A stretch of DNA of 64,000 nt from Candidatus Parcubacteria bacterium (lineage in GTDB: Bacteria > Patescibacteriota > Minisyncoccia > UBA6257 > HR35): NCBI GenBank assembly GCA_026004495.1, contig BPJG01000001.1, positions 2,672 to 66,671 of the forward strand, in the 5' to 3' direction. The notes below the pieces were generated by a model that worked only from the letters and a program-made list of their open reading frames with translations, ran no database searches and was not told the DNA's origin. The number at the start of each line of letters is the position of its first letter. Within the stretch, counting starts at the first letter, position 1. The position numbers and the translations under genes are program-made. Below are positions 1 through 8,333 of this stretch, piece after piece.

Positions 1-6
1 AAAAAA

Positions 7-1668
7 TTGATTTCGGAATCAAATATTGAAATTAAAGAAGACCATTTCAGCCAATCTTTATTTTTTGGGATCAACGAGAACAATTCTCCTATAAACATAC
101 TAATAGGCTCAAAAAAATTTATAGAAGGTTGGAACTCATGGCGTGTTTCAAATATGGGATTAATCAATATGGGTAAAGGAGAGGGACCACAAATTATACA
201 GCTTTTTGGAAGGGGTGTAAGACTTAAAGGGAAGGATTACTCGTTGAAAAGAGAAGAAAATCCAAATTATAAATTGAAAGTATTGCAAACGCTTTTTATT
301 TTCGGTTTGAATGCAGACTATATTAATGCATTCCTAGCAACAATAGAGAAAGAAGAAGTAGATTATAAAGAGATAGCAATCCCGATTAAGTTTAACCAAT
401 ATGAAAAATGGAAAAGAAAGATTTACACAATAAAAACAAAAGATAATTTCGATTTTCTCAATTATTCTATAAGAGTTACAGTAGATGATGACATTTTGAG
501 AAATATTAAGATTGATTTAAGGCCAAAAATCACTGTAGCACATGGGTTAACAGTTGGAACTGCTGAGTCAGTAATAGATGAGCCATTAACAATTCCAGAA
601 GAATATTTTGAGATTATTGATCGGAATTTCCTCTATTCTGAAATCATAAATTACAAAATCACAAAAGGTATGTATAATTTGATTTTAGATACTAACGCAA
701 TAATGCAAATAGTAAAATCAGGCGCATATAAAATATTTTTAAGCGAATCGACTGCGATAAGTATTGAGAATAACAATGGAAAACCAGTTTTAAAAATTTA
801 CTCATTTGATGGGATAAGAAAATTTCACGAGATTATTTTAATGGTTTTGAAGGATTACATCCTCAAATTTTACAGGAAAGAAGAGAAAAGAAAAACTATG
901 GATTATTTAGAAGTAGAACCACTAACAATAAATAAACATCCTTCGACGTATCCCGAGAATAAAGAAATCCTACTTAAAATTCCTAAAAAATTAGCAGACG
1001 ATATTGAAGAGGTTATGAAACATCTTGAAAGATACGACCCAGTCAACAATAAATTACCCGAGGCATGGAAAAATTGGGATTCATTTATTGTTCATCTTGA
1101 CAATCATTTATACACTCCTTTAATAATCTGGAAGAAAAATAAGGAGGAAATTAAATCAATTCCTATCAAACTTAATAAAGGAGAAACTAAGTTTTTAGAA
1201 GATTTTAAAAATTTTCTGGATAAAAATAAGAATATGCTTGAAAACAACGATTTGTTTTTACTTAGAAATCTTTCAAGAAGAGGCATAGGATTTTTTATAA
1301 CCTCAGGATTTTATCCAGATTTTATTATTTGGCTCATGAAAGAAGATAAACAGAACATAATTTTTATAGATCCAAAGGGGATCAGAAACCTAGGGAATTT
1401 TAATGATGATAAAATCCAATTATGCGTATCGTATATCAAAGAGATAAATAAAAGAATAAGCGAAGAACTAAAGAATAAAAAAGAAAATATTAATCTGCAA
1501 TTAGACGCTGTTATTTTATCTACATCTTCTTACAGTGATATAAAAAGTACATTTGGTGAAGGAAATCATACTAAAGAAGAATTCTGGGAACATAATGTAG
1601 TTTTTCAAGAAGATTCTGAATACATTAAAAAGATCTTTAAAAAAGCAGGAGCTATTAATAACAATTAA
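7..1668 (+). CDS. C-terminal ~550 aa of a Type III restriction Res-like SF2 helicase/PD-(D/E)xK nuclease; 5' end lies outside the window
   Basis: Reading frame is open to the window edge (TTG picked by the ORF finder). Helicase motif VI-like 'QLFGRGVRL' and a C-terminal 'PDF..(16)..IDPK' PD-DxK motif. Clear paralog (~40-45% identity in aligned blocks) of the 959-aa protein at 50425..53304. Confidence 0.6.
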   Translation: MISESNIEIKEDHFSQSLFFGINENNSPINILIGSKKFIEGWNSWRVSNMGLINMGKGEGPQIIQLFGRGVRLKGKDYSLKREENPNYKLKVLQTLFIFGLNADYINAFLATIEKEEVDYKEIAIPIKFNQYEKWKRKIYTIKTKDNFDFLNYSIRVTVDDDILRNIKIDLRPKITVAHGLTVGTAESVIDEPLTIPEEYFEIIDRNFLYSEIINYKITKGMYNLILDTNAIMQIVKSGAYKIFLSESTAISIENNNGKPVLKIYSFDGIRKFHEIILMVLKDYILKFYRKEEKRKTMDYLEVEPLTINKHPSTYPENKEILLKIPKKLADDIEEVMKHLERYDPVNNKLPEAWKNWDSFIVHLDNHLYTPLIIWKKNKEEIKSIPIKLNKGETKFLEDFKNFLDKNKNMLENNDLFLLRNLSRRGIGFFITSGFYPDFIIWLMKEDKQNIIFIDPKGIRNLGNFNDDKIQLCVSYIKEINKRISEELKNKKENINLQLDAVILSTSSYSDIKSTFGEGNHTKEEFWEHNVVFQEDSEYIKKIFKKAGAINNN

Positions 1669-2070
1669 AACTATTGATGATGTGTTAAACTTTTATTCGG
1701 TTTTGTAAAGCTTATTTCTCGGATTAAATAATAAACGAATATTTGATTTAAGTTTTTAGTCTTTAGCAGAGTTATTCTATAGATTTTAAGTATTAATGAT
1801 ATTATTAAGTTAAAAACAAAGAAGATATCAAAAATTTAAAAGAAATTTTAAAACCCTAAAATCACTTCTGCTATATTTTTTATCTTCAATTTCACTCTCC
1901 ACTCTGTTTGTTTTATAATATTTTCAAGAGTTCGAATAAAATTTTCCCTGCGGAGCATTCCAGAACGAATTTCCTCAAAATTATCAATTTCTCCTCTTAA
2001 AATCTTATATTTTTGTGGTTCGCAAATTTTTTTAACTTGGGAAAAGATTTATGTTTTCTTATAATTAATT

Positions 2071-3162
2071 TTGATGAATAAAAAAGCTTTATTTTTAATT
2101 TTTATATTTCTAACAAGTTCACAAATTGCTCTGGGACAAAATTATTTAAATTCTGAAAAAATAAAAGATTTTTTTGTTGAAATTAATATACAAAAAAATG
2201 GCTTTATTTTTGTAAAGGAGGAAATTATTTATGATTTTGGTGAAAATTTAAAGCATGGAATTTTTCGAAATATTCCTTTAGATAACCTTAAAATAAAAAT
2301 TTTAAAGATTACTAATGAATTAGGTCAACCCCTTCCTTTTAAAATTACTAAAAATAATAATTATCTAAACATAAGAATTGGAGATCCTAATAAATTGATA
2401 AAAGGAGAAAATACTTATAAGATTTTTTATAAAATCCTTGGGGGATTAATATTTTTTGATAATTATAATGAACTTTATTGGAATGTAACCGGTAACGAAT
2501 GGAATGTGCCGATAGAAAAATCAGCAGCTTTGATTAGATTGCCAGAAAAGATTTCAATTGAAAATATGGACTTTAATTGTTTTACGGGGGTATTTGGTTC
2601 AAAAGAAAAGAATTGCAATTTTAAAGTGAATGAAAATGGTGATACTATTTTCCAAAGTAATAAAAATCTAAATCCTAACGAAGGATTGACAATTGTTCTA
2701 AGATTTCCTAAAAACGTAGTTCGGATGCCAACTTTTTTCGAAAAAATTTTATTTGATCAGACAAATTATTGGCTTATACTGATGCCTATTTTTGTATTTT
2801 TTTATCTTTTAATGATATGGTGGTATAAAAGCAAAGATTTAGAAATAAAAAAACCTATCATTGTTCAGTATGAACCACCAGATAATCTGAACCCAGCTGA
2901 AGTGGGTACGATTATCAATCAAAAAGCTAAACCTAAAGACATAACTGCGACGATTATATATTTAGCAATTAAAGATTATCTAAAAATTAAAGAAATAGAG
3001 ATTTCTAAAAATAAACATGATTATGAGTTAGAACTTTTAAAAGAGGATTTTGTTACTTCCCAGGATCTCAAAGAATATGAGAAAGAGATATTGAAAAAAA
3101 TTTTTTATATTAATGATCCAACTAATAATTTTCTTAGAAAAAAAATTCTATTTCTAAATTAG
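2071..3162 (+). CDS. DUF2207-family membrane protein, N-terminal part (signal peptide, extracellular domain, first TM); continues in the ORF at 3138/3267..3779 after an apparent 1-nt deficit in an A8 run
   Basis: Signal peptide, then a TM segment (YWLILMPIFVFFYLLMIWWY). Frame 0 is open from 3138 and overlaps the end of this ORF. Adding one A to the A8 run (3137-3145) fuses both ORFs into one ~570-aa protein. Confidence 0.55.
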   Translation: MMNKKALFLIFIFLTSSQIALGQNYLNSEKIKDFFVEINIQKNGFIFVKEEIIYDFGENLKHGIFRNIPLDNLKIKILKITNELGQPLPFKITKNNNYLNIRIGDPNKLIKGENTYKIFYKILGGLIFFDNYNELYWNVTGNEWNVPIEKSAALIRLPEKISIENMDFNCFTGVFGSKEKNCNFKVNENGDTIFQSNKNLNPNEGLTIVLRFPKNVVRMPTFFEKILFDQTNYWLILMPIFVFFYLLMIWWYKSKDLEIKKPIIVQYEPPDNLNPAEVGTIINQKAKPKDITATIIYLAIKDYLKIKEIEISKNKHDYELELLKEDFVTSQDLKEYEKEILKKIFYINDPTNNFLRKKILFLN

Positions 3163-3266
3163 GTAAAAATTTTTATCAATATATACCCCATATTCTTTCA
3201 AAAATTCAGGAAAGTGTATTCAATCTTGATTATCTTGATAAAGATTCATATAAATTATCATTAAAT

Positions 3267-3779
3267 TTGTTTTCAATTGGAATATTGCTGTTAATTTCTT
3301 CTGTTTTCTTTTTCAAAAACTTGGTATTTATAATTTCTTTTTTAATATCTAGTGTGTTGTTCATAATTTTTTCTTTTTTTATTCCCAAAAGAACCAAAAA
3401 AGGAGCAGAAGCTTATTGGAAAATTTTAGGCTTTAAAGAATATATTAATAAAGCTGAAAAGTATAGGGCTAAATTTTATGAAACAGAAAACATTTTTGAA
3501 AAATATTTACCTTATAGTATTATTTTTAATTTAGTTAATAAATGGGCATCAGTATTTGAAGATGTATATAAATCTCCACCTTCATGGTATGAAGCTAAAA
3601 TTGATCAAATAGCTGATTTTCCAACTTTTATTTATTCGCTCAACAGAAGTATAGACAGAATGAATTCTGTTTTTGTCGCCAAAAGTAAAGGAGAAAGTAA
3701 TCGCATTGTTAGAAAAAATAGTTTTTCTAGTGGTTTTTCTGGGGGAGGTTATGGTGGTGGAGGTGGTAAAAGTTGGTAA
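3267..3779 (+). CDS. DUF2207-family membrane protein, C-terminal part (TM segments plus Gly-rich tail ...SGGGYGGGGGKSW)
   Basis: Hydrophobic segments and a C-terminal poly-Gly tail ending SW, typical of DUF2207. The frame is contiguous with 2071..3162 if one base is added. Confidence 0.55.
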   Translation: MFSIGILLLISSVFFFKNLVFIISFLISSVLFIIFSFFIPKRTKKGAEAYWKILGFKEYINKAEKYRAKFYETENIFEKYLPYSIIFNLVNKWASVFEDVYKSPPSWYEAKIDQIADFPTFIYSLNRSIDRMNSVFVAKSKGESNRIVRKNSFSSGFSGGGYGGGGGKSW

Positions 3780-3840
3780 AATATAATAGTTAATTATAAG
3801 AGAAATATTAATTAAAAATTTAAAAAATAATTTTATTATT

Positions 3841-4250
3841 ATGGAAAAAGATCGTGTGTTTTGTAAAATAATTAAAAGAAAGAATGCTTCAAGGATTATT
3901 TACGAAGATAAAGATGTTATTTGTTTTTTGCCGAAAACAATTCATGTTATGGCCATACTTTAATTGTTCCTAAAAAGCATTATGAAAGTTTATATGATAT
4001 TCCCGAAAAAGATTTAATTGAACTTATTAAAACTTCTAAAAAATTAACCTTAGCTTACAAAAGAAAAATTAAAGCAACAGGAGTAAATTTACTTCACGCT
4101 AGTGGCAAAGACGCTCAACAATCTGTTTTCCATTTTCATCTCCATCTTTTCCCAAGATTTAAAAACGATAATTTAGATACTTGGCCTAAATTACCAAAAA
4201 TAAAAGTTGATCCAGATGAATTATTAAAAAAGCTAAAAATAGAAAGGTAA
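3841..4250 (+). CDS. HIT-family (histidine triad) hydrolase; frameshifted at a T6 run (~3926-3931) in this sequence (the ORF track shows only 3921..4250)
   Basis: N-terminal frame gives MEKDRVFCKIIKRKNASRIIYEDKDVICF. Downstream frame gives FAENNSCYGHTLIVPKKH ... HFHLHLFPR, which is the HxHxHxx triad. One extra T joins the two frames. Confidence 0.75.
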
Positions 4251-4253
4251 TCG

Positions 4254-4280
4254 AAAAGGGCGGGAAGGCCCGCCCTTTTT
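4254..4280. terminator. Bidirectional rho-independent terminator between convergent genes
   Basis: AAAAGGGCGGG-AAGG-CCCGCCCTTTTT: a 7-bp GC stem flanked by an A-tract and a T-tract, in an AT-rich background. Confidence 0.8.
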
Positions 4281-4362
4281 AAGTTTTTTATTTTCAATTT
4301 AGAAACTTAAATCAATTCCTGGGTTTTCGCCTGTTAGACCTGAACCACAATTTTTTCTATCA

Positions 4363-4602
4363 CTAACGAATTGCTCCATATTTGATTATTAGTTTTTTTA
4401 TATTCAACCCAAGCGCTTTTACTGCTTTGCGGAAATTTAACCAAGCATTTTGAACTGCCTTATTCCTTTCTTTGTTGTTTTCAATTGGCCAAGAATTGCT
4501 TAAGGCAATTTTTCTTTCTTCATAAGCTTTTCTTATTTTTGAGAAATAATTTTCTCTTGCAGTTTTTAAAGCATCTTCTCTTTTTTCAAGAGCATCTTTC
4601 AT
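4363..4602 (-). CDS. Small secreted protein. It probably extends upstream to an ATG at 4757-4759 (signal peptide plus Thr/Pro-rich linker) through a 1-nt homopolymer deficit.
   Basis: The same frame is open upstream of the annotated M with no ATG and reads LIISLPFFIVSLFGLAQEPTSTPTSTPISIPTSRPTTTPPEG. An adjacent frame gives 'ATG AAA AAC TTT' (MKNF). One extra T (an A on the plus strand at 4751-4754) yields a classic signal peptide. Confidence 0.45.
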   Translation of the reverse strand: MKDALEKREDALKTARENYFSKIRKAYEERKIALSNSWPIENNKERNKAVQNAWLNFRKAVKALGLNIKKLIIKYGAIR

Positions 4603-4837
4603 ACAAGCAAGATCTAATTTTTTAGGACCCTCTGGAGGTGTAGTGGTTGGTCTGCTTGTAGGAATCGATATGGGTGTTGAAGTTGGTGTTGAAGTTGGTT
4701 CTTGAGCTAAACCAAATAGAGAAACGATAAAAAATGGTAAAGAGATTATTAAAAGTTTTTCATTTTACTTTTATTGTTTAATTACGATCATTTTCTTTGT
4801 TAAAATTATATACTAATTTTGCTCTTAATTTCTAAAA

Positions 4838-5320
4838 ATGAATAATAATTTTTTTGCTATTTTGCATAATATTCGAAGCACTTATAATGTTGGAGCAATT
4901 TTTAGAACTGCTGATGCCGTAGGAATTGATAAATTATATTTGACTGGTTATACGCCAACTCCAGCTAAAGATAAAAAAATTGAAAAAACTGCGTTGGGCG
5001 CTGAAAAATATGTTACCTGGGAATATTATCAAAATATTAGTTATCTTTTGAAAAAATTAAAAAAAGAAAGTTTTCAAATTGTTGCCTTAGAACAAAACGA
5101 AAAAAGCATTCCTTATTATCAATTCAAACCTAAATTTCCTTTAGTTTTGATCGTTGGTAACGAAGTTAAAGGTTTAAATAAAAAAATTCTTAATTACGCC
5201 GATTATATTATTGAAATTCCAATGTTTGGCAAAAAAGAATCATTAAATGTTGCTGTTGCTTTTGGAATTGTTGTTTATTATTTAAAATTTTACAAATATA
5301 CGGGGATGGGGTATAATTAG
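4838..5320 (+). CDS. SpoU/TrmH-family RNA 2'-O-methyltransferase
   Basis: SPOUT motifs: LHNIRSTYNVGAIFRTADAVGI ... LVLIVGNEVKGL ... IPMFGKKESLNVAVAFGIVVY. Confidence 0.8.
   Translation: MNNNFFAILHNIRSTYNVGAIFRTADAVGIDKLYLTGYTPTPAKDKKIEKTALGAEKYVTWEYYQNISYLLKKLKKESFQIVALEQNEKSIPYYQFKPKFPLVLIVGNEVKGLNKKILNYADYIIEIPMFGKKESLNVAVAFGIVVYYLKFYKYTGMGYN
5289..5320 (+). promoter_or_regulatory. Sigma70-type promoter TTTACA-N17-TATAAT with a CsoR/RcnR-type operator (TATAC-G4-AT-G4-TATA) in the spacer. It is embedded in the 3' end of the trmH-like coding sequence.
   Basis: The 32-bp block is almost identical to 9814..9846 upstream of csoR. It lies immediately upstream of the copper ATPase. Confidence 0.7.
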
Positions 5321-5326
5321 TATGAA

Positions 5327-7552
5327 ATGAAAAAATATATTTGTCCAATGGGATGTGTTAGTCCCCAAAATGAGCCTGGTGGTAATTGTCCTGTTTGTGG
5401 AATGCGACTTGTTGAGGTGGAAGAAAAACATAGAATAAGCAGAACTGACGCAGAACATACAGAACATATTAATATTGTTCGCATTGGTTCGCGTATAGTT
5501 CGCATCAGTTCGCGTTTTAAAAGAAAAGAATATAACGAGCATTTTGACAAACATCATGGACATCGAGCCGAAGATTTTCTTAAAAAATTTTGGCTTTGTT
5601 TAATTTTAACTATTTTTGTTATTTTTCTTTCTTTTGATTTTTTAAACCTAAATTTTTTTAGTCTACGTGAGTTTACATTTAGTCTGTTAAAGTCTGCGCT
5701 AGTTTTAATTTTTTCTTCAATTGTTTTCTTTTATGGTGGTTGGGTTTTTCTTGTTGGCGCTTATAGAGAAATCAAGAGCAAAAATCCAGGGATGATGACT
5801 TTAATTTCTTTAGCCATAACCTCAGCTTATGTTTATAGTGTGGTTTTAATGATACTTAATGTTGTTCGCATGAGTTTGCGGGTAAGTTCGCAAGAGTTCG
5901 CGGAAGTTGGTTTTTTCTGGGAACTTACTTCCTTAATTACGATTATGCTTTTAGGTCATTATTTTGAAATGAAATCAGTTTCTTCAGCTCAAAGAGCTTT
6001 GCAAGAAATAGAAAAATTATTGCCTGATACAGCTGAATTAGAAAGCGGTAAAATAATTCCTTTAAATGAATTAAAAGTTGATGATATTGTTTTAGTTCGG
6101 CCTGGAGGGAAAATTCCAGCTGATGGAGTTGTTGTTGAAGGTAAATCAGAAGTTAATGAAAGTATGATAACTGGTGAAAGCAGACCTATTTTAAAAGAAG
6201 TTGGTTCTGAAGTTATTACTGGGACAATTAATGGTGATGGAATCTTAAAAATCAAAGTAACTAAAATTGGTGAAGAAACATTTTTAGCTGGAATAAAAAG
6301 ATTAATTCAAGAAGCACAAAAATCCAAATCTAAACTTCAAGTTTTGGCTGATGTTTTTGCTAAATATTTAACTTTTATTGCTCTTGGAGTTGGTTCTTTA
6401 AGTTTTGTAATTTGGCTTTCGCTTCAAAAAGATTTTGCTTTTGTTTTAGAAAGATTAGTTACAGTTTTAGTTATTGCTTGCCCTCATGCTTTAGGCCTTG
6501 CTGTTCCTTTAGTTGTTGCTATTTCTACATCTTTAGCAATTCATAATGGTTTTTTAATCCGTAATAGTTTGCAATTAGAATTAGCCCGAAAAGTCGATGT
6601 TGTTCTCTTTGATAAAACCGGAACATTGACTAGCGGTAAATTTGTTGTAAAAGAGATTAAAAAATTAAATGATATTTCAGAGGAAAAAATTCTTCAAATT
6701 GCCGGCTCTTTGAATCAATATTCTCAACATTTTATTGCTCAAGGTATTTTAAGAAAAGTAAAGGAGCAAAGTATATCACTTTTACCTGTAAATGATTTCG
6801 AAAATTTAACTGGCCGAGGAGTTAAGGGTATAGTTGATGGTCAAATTTACTATCTAGGTGGTGATAATTTATTAAAAGAATTAAATTTAAAAGCACCAGA
6901 AATAGAAGGTGTTGGTACCATTGTTTATTTAATTGATGAGGGTAAAAATATTTTAGGAGCAATCATTTTAGAAGATGAAATAAGAAAAGAAGTAAAAGAA
7001 GCAGTTAAAGAGCTTCATCAACTTGGTATTAAAGTTTTGATGGTCACTGGAGATAAAAAAGAAGTTGCTGAAAAAGTTGCTAAAGAATTAGGAATTGATG
7101 AATATTTTGCTGAAGTTTTACCACAAGAAAAAGTTGAAAAAGTAAAAGAACTTCAACAGAAAGGATTAAAAGTAATGTTTGTTGGTGATGGAATTAATGA
7201 TGCTCCAGCTTTAATGCAAGCAGATGTTGGAGTTGTTATTGGCGCTGGAACGAATGTTGCCATTGAATCAGCAGGAATAATTTTAGTTAGAAATGACCCT
7301 CGAGATATTGTTAAATTAATAAAACTTTCAAAATTAACTTATCGCAAAATGATTGAAAATTTATTTTGGGCAACTGGCTATAATGTTGTTATGATTCCTC
7401 TTGCAGCAGGAATTTTCGAAATATTTAAAATGATTTTTTCTTTACCGGGTAGTGAATTTATTCTAATACCTGGGCCAGCAATTGGATCAATTTTAATGAG
7501 TCTATCCACAATCATTGTTAGTTTAAATGCTTTAAGAATGAGGAAGATATAA
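5327..7552 (+). CDS. copB: Heavy-metal (copper) translocating P1B-type ATPase
   Basis: N-terminal CPMGC...CPVCG metal-binding/zinc-ribbon-like motif and a His-rich stretch. CPH in TM6, DKTGTLT phosphorylation site and the GDGINDAPAL hinge. The copB versus copA assignment is tentative and rests on CPH plus the His-rich N-terminus. Confidence 0.85.
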   Translation: MKKYICPMGCVSPQNEPGGNCPVCGMRLVEVEEKHRISRTDAEHTEHINIVRIGSRIVRISSRFKRKEYNEHFDKHHGHRAEDFLKKFWLCLILTIFVIFLSFDFLNLNFFSLREFTFSLLKSALVLIFSSIVFFYGGWVFLVGAYREIKSKNPGMMTLISLAITSAYVYSVVLMILNVVRMSLRVSSQEFAEVGFFWELTSLITIMLLGHYFEMKSVSSAQRALQEIEKLLPDTAELESGKIIPLNELKVDDIVLVRPGGKIPADGVVVEGKSEVNESMITGESRPILKEVGSEVITGTINGDGILKIKVTKIGEETFLAGIKRLIQEAQKSKSKLQVLADVFAKYLTFIALGVGSLSFVIWLSLQKDFAFVLERLVTVLVIACPHALGLAVPLVVAISTSLAIHNGFLIRNSLQLELARKVDVVLFDKTGTLTSGKFVVKEIKKLNDISEEKILQIAGSLNQYSQHFIAQGILRKVKEQSISLLPVNDFENLTGRGVKGIVDGQIYYLGGDNLLKELNLKAPEIEGVGTIVYLIDEGKNILGAIILEDEIRKEVKEAVKELHQLGIKVLMVTGDKKEVAEKVAKELGIDEYFAEVLPQEKVEKVKELQQKGLKVMFVGDGINDAPALMQADVGVVIGAGTNVAIESAGIILVRNDPRDIVKLIKLSKLTYRKMIENLFWATGYNVVMIPLAAGIFEIFKMIFSLPGSEFILIPGPAIGSILMSLSTIIVSLNALRMRKI
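5438..5517. repeat. Intragenic GC-rich tandem-repeat mini-element: degenerate (CAGAAC)x3 followed by (GTTCGCnnn)x4, in-frame in the ATPase N-terminus
   Basis: ...cagaactgacgcagaacatacagaacat...gttcgcattggttcgcgtatagttcgcatcagttcgcg. Homologous to the element at 17918..18004. Confidence 0.8.
5862..5903. repeat. Second intragenic (GTTnGCnnn)x4 repeat inside the ATPase, between membrane segments
   Basis: gttcgcatgagtttgcgggtaagttcgcaagagttcgcg. Encodes VVRMSLRVSSQEFAE. Confidence 0.7.
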
Positions 7553-7555
7553 AAT
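7514..7555. repeat. 42-bp direct repeat, copy 1 (3' end of the ATPase gene including its stop codon)
   Basis: attgttagtttaaatgctttaagaatgaggaagatataaaat. Repeated at 8291..8332 with one mismatch. Confidence 0.85.
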
Positions 7556-7571
7556 AGTATATAATTAAGTT

Positions 7572-7883
7572 ATGGTAGAAGACATATCAAAACCAGATAG
7601 AGATAAAAAAGCAGAAGATTTAAGAAAGTTAGGATTTTCTAAGGAAGAAGCTATTAAATATTTATCAGCCAAATTTACATTAGAGACTTTAAAACAAAAA
7701 ATTAATTCTTTACAATCAGCTGGTTTTTCTAATCCTGTTAAATTAATAGAGGAACATCCTCAAATTGCTGGCCTTGATATTACTCGTGTTAAAATGAGAT
7801 TAAAATTAATTGATAGATTAAATAGAAAATTCAATCTTAATTATGATCCATATTCAATAGTAGAAAAATTCCACAATATTTAG
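7572..7883 (+). CDS. Hypothetical protein (inside the 735-bp segment bounded by the 42-bp direct repeats)
   Basis: ORF only. No recognisable motif. Confidence 0.4.
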   Translation: MVEDISKPDRDKKAEDLRKLGFSKEEAIKYLSAKFTLETLKQKINSLQSAGFSNPVKLIEEHPQIAGLDITRVKMRLKLIDRLNRKFNLNYDPYSIVEKFHNI

Positions 7884-7913
7884 GATATGATTTAGCGAGA
7901 ATCTTTTTTTTGT

Positions 7914-8280
7914 TTGAGAATAGCTGCCTATTTTAATTTTGATGAAGCAAGATATAGAGGTCTAATAAAAACGAATTCACACTTGTTGTTTGATGAGCTT
8001 ATTAGAAAAACAAGACAAAAAATAAGTCAAGCAGGAGAATTGCCTCAGACAGTAGAATTGTACCAAGGAGATATGTTGAATATACTAAGAGCTATAAGAA
8101 ACTAACAAAAGAAGAAAAAAAGCAAAGAATTGAAGAAACTAAACAAAATTTACCTCAATTAAAAGATGAAATAAACAAATTACCTGATTCAAATTTAAAA
8201 AAATTACTCCTCAAACTTTTAAGATATCTTGAACGATTAAAAAGCAAAGAACAAGTTAGAGAACAAAGAAGACAAAAATA
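7914..8280 (+). CDS. Hypothetical protein, split in this sequence. Frame 0 (7914..8105) continues in frame 2 (8090..8280); one extra A in 'gaaac' (8097-8101) fuses them (~122 aa).
   Basis: Overlapping open frames with no start codon in the second. The continuous read would be ...LNILRAIRKLTKEEKKQRIEETKQ... Confidence 0.4.
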
Positions 8281-8290
8281 AATGTTAATA

Positions 8291-8332
8291 ATTGTTAGTT
8301 TAAATGTTTTAAGAATGAGGAAGATATAAAAT
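8291..8332. repeat. 42-bp direct repeat, copy 2 (relic 3' end of the ATPase gene)
   Basis: attgttagtttaaatgttttaagaatgaggaagatataaaat. Would encode IVSLNVLRMRKI*. Confidence 0.85.
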
Positions 8333-8333
8333 T

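Noticed and set aside
1851-2050. Possible ~65-aa minus-strand ORF (…QVKKICEPQKYKILRGEIDNFEEIRSGMLRRENFIRTLENIIKQTEWRVKLKIKNIAEVILGF)
   Set aside because: No in-frame start codon. It may be another homopolymer-interrupted small gene (an A7 run at its 5' end), but I could not reconstruct a convincing start.
3163-3266. Considered calling 2071..3779 and 3841..4250 true pseudogenes
   Set aside because: Four independent interruptions all have the same signature, one missing base in an A/T homopolymer, and the genes are otherwise intact. A systematic sequencing or assembly error is more parsimonious than recurrent pseudogenisation, but this cannot be settled without reads.
5297-5319. Considered the G4-AT-G4 motif as a G-quadruplex-forming or intragenic repeat-family member
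   Set aside because: Only two copies exist, both exactly in the spacer of consensus promoters upstream of copper genes. An operator interpretation fits better.
5282-5563. Minus-strand ORFs 5282..5563 and 5317..5550, antisense to the copper ATPase start
   Set aside because: They are generated by the GC-rich repeat element and overlap a well-supported gene. They read TRTDANYTRTNANN-type low-complexity translations of the repeat. Spurious.
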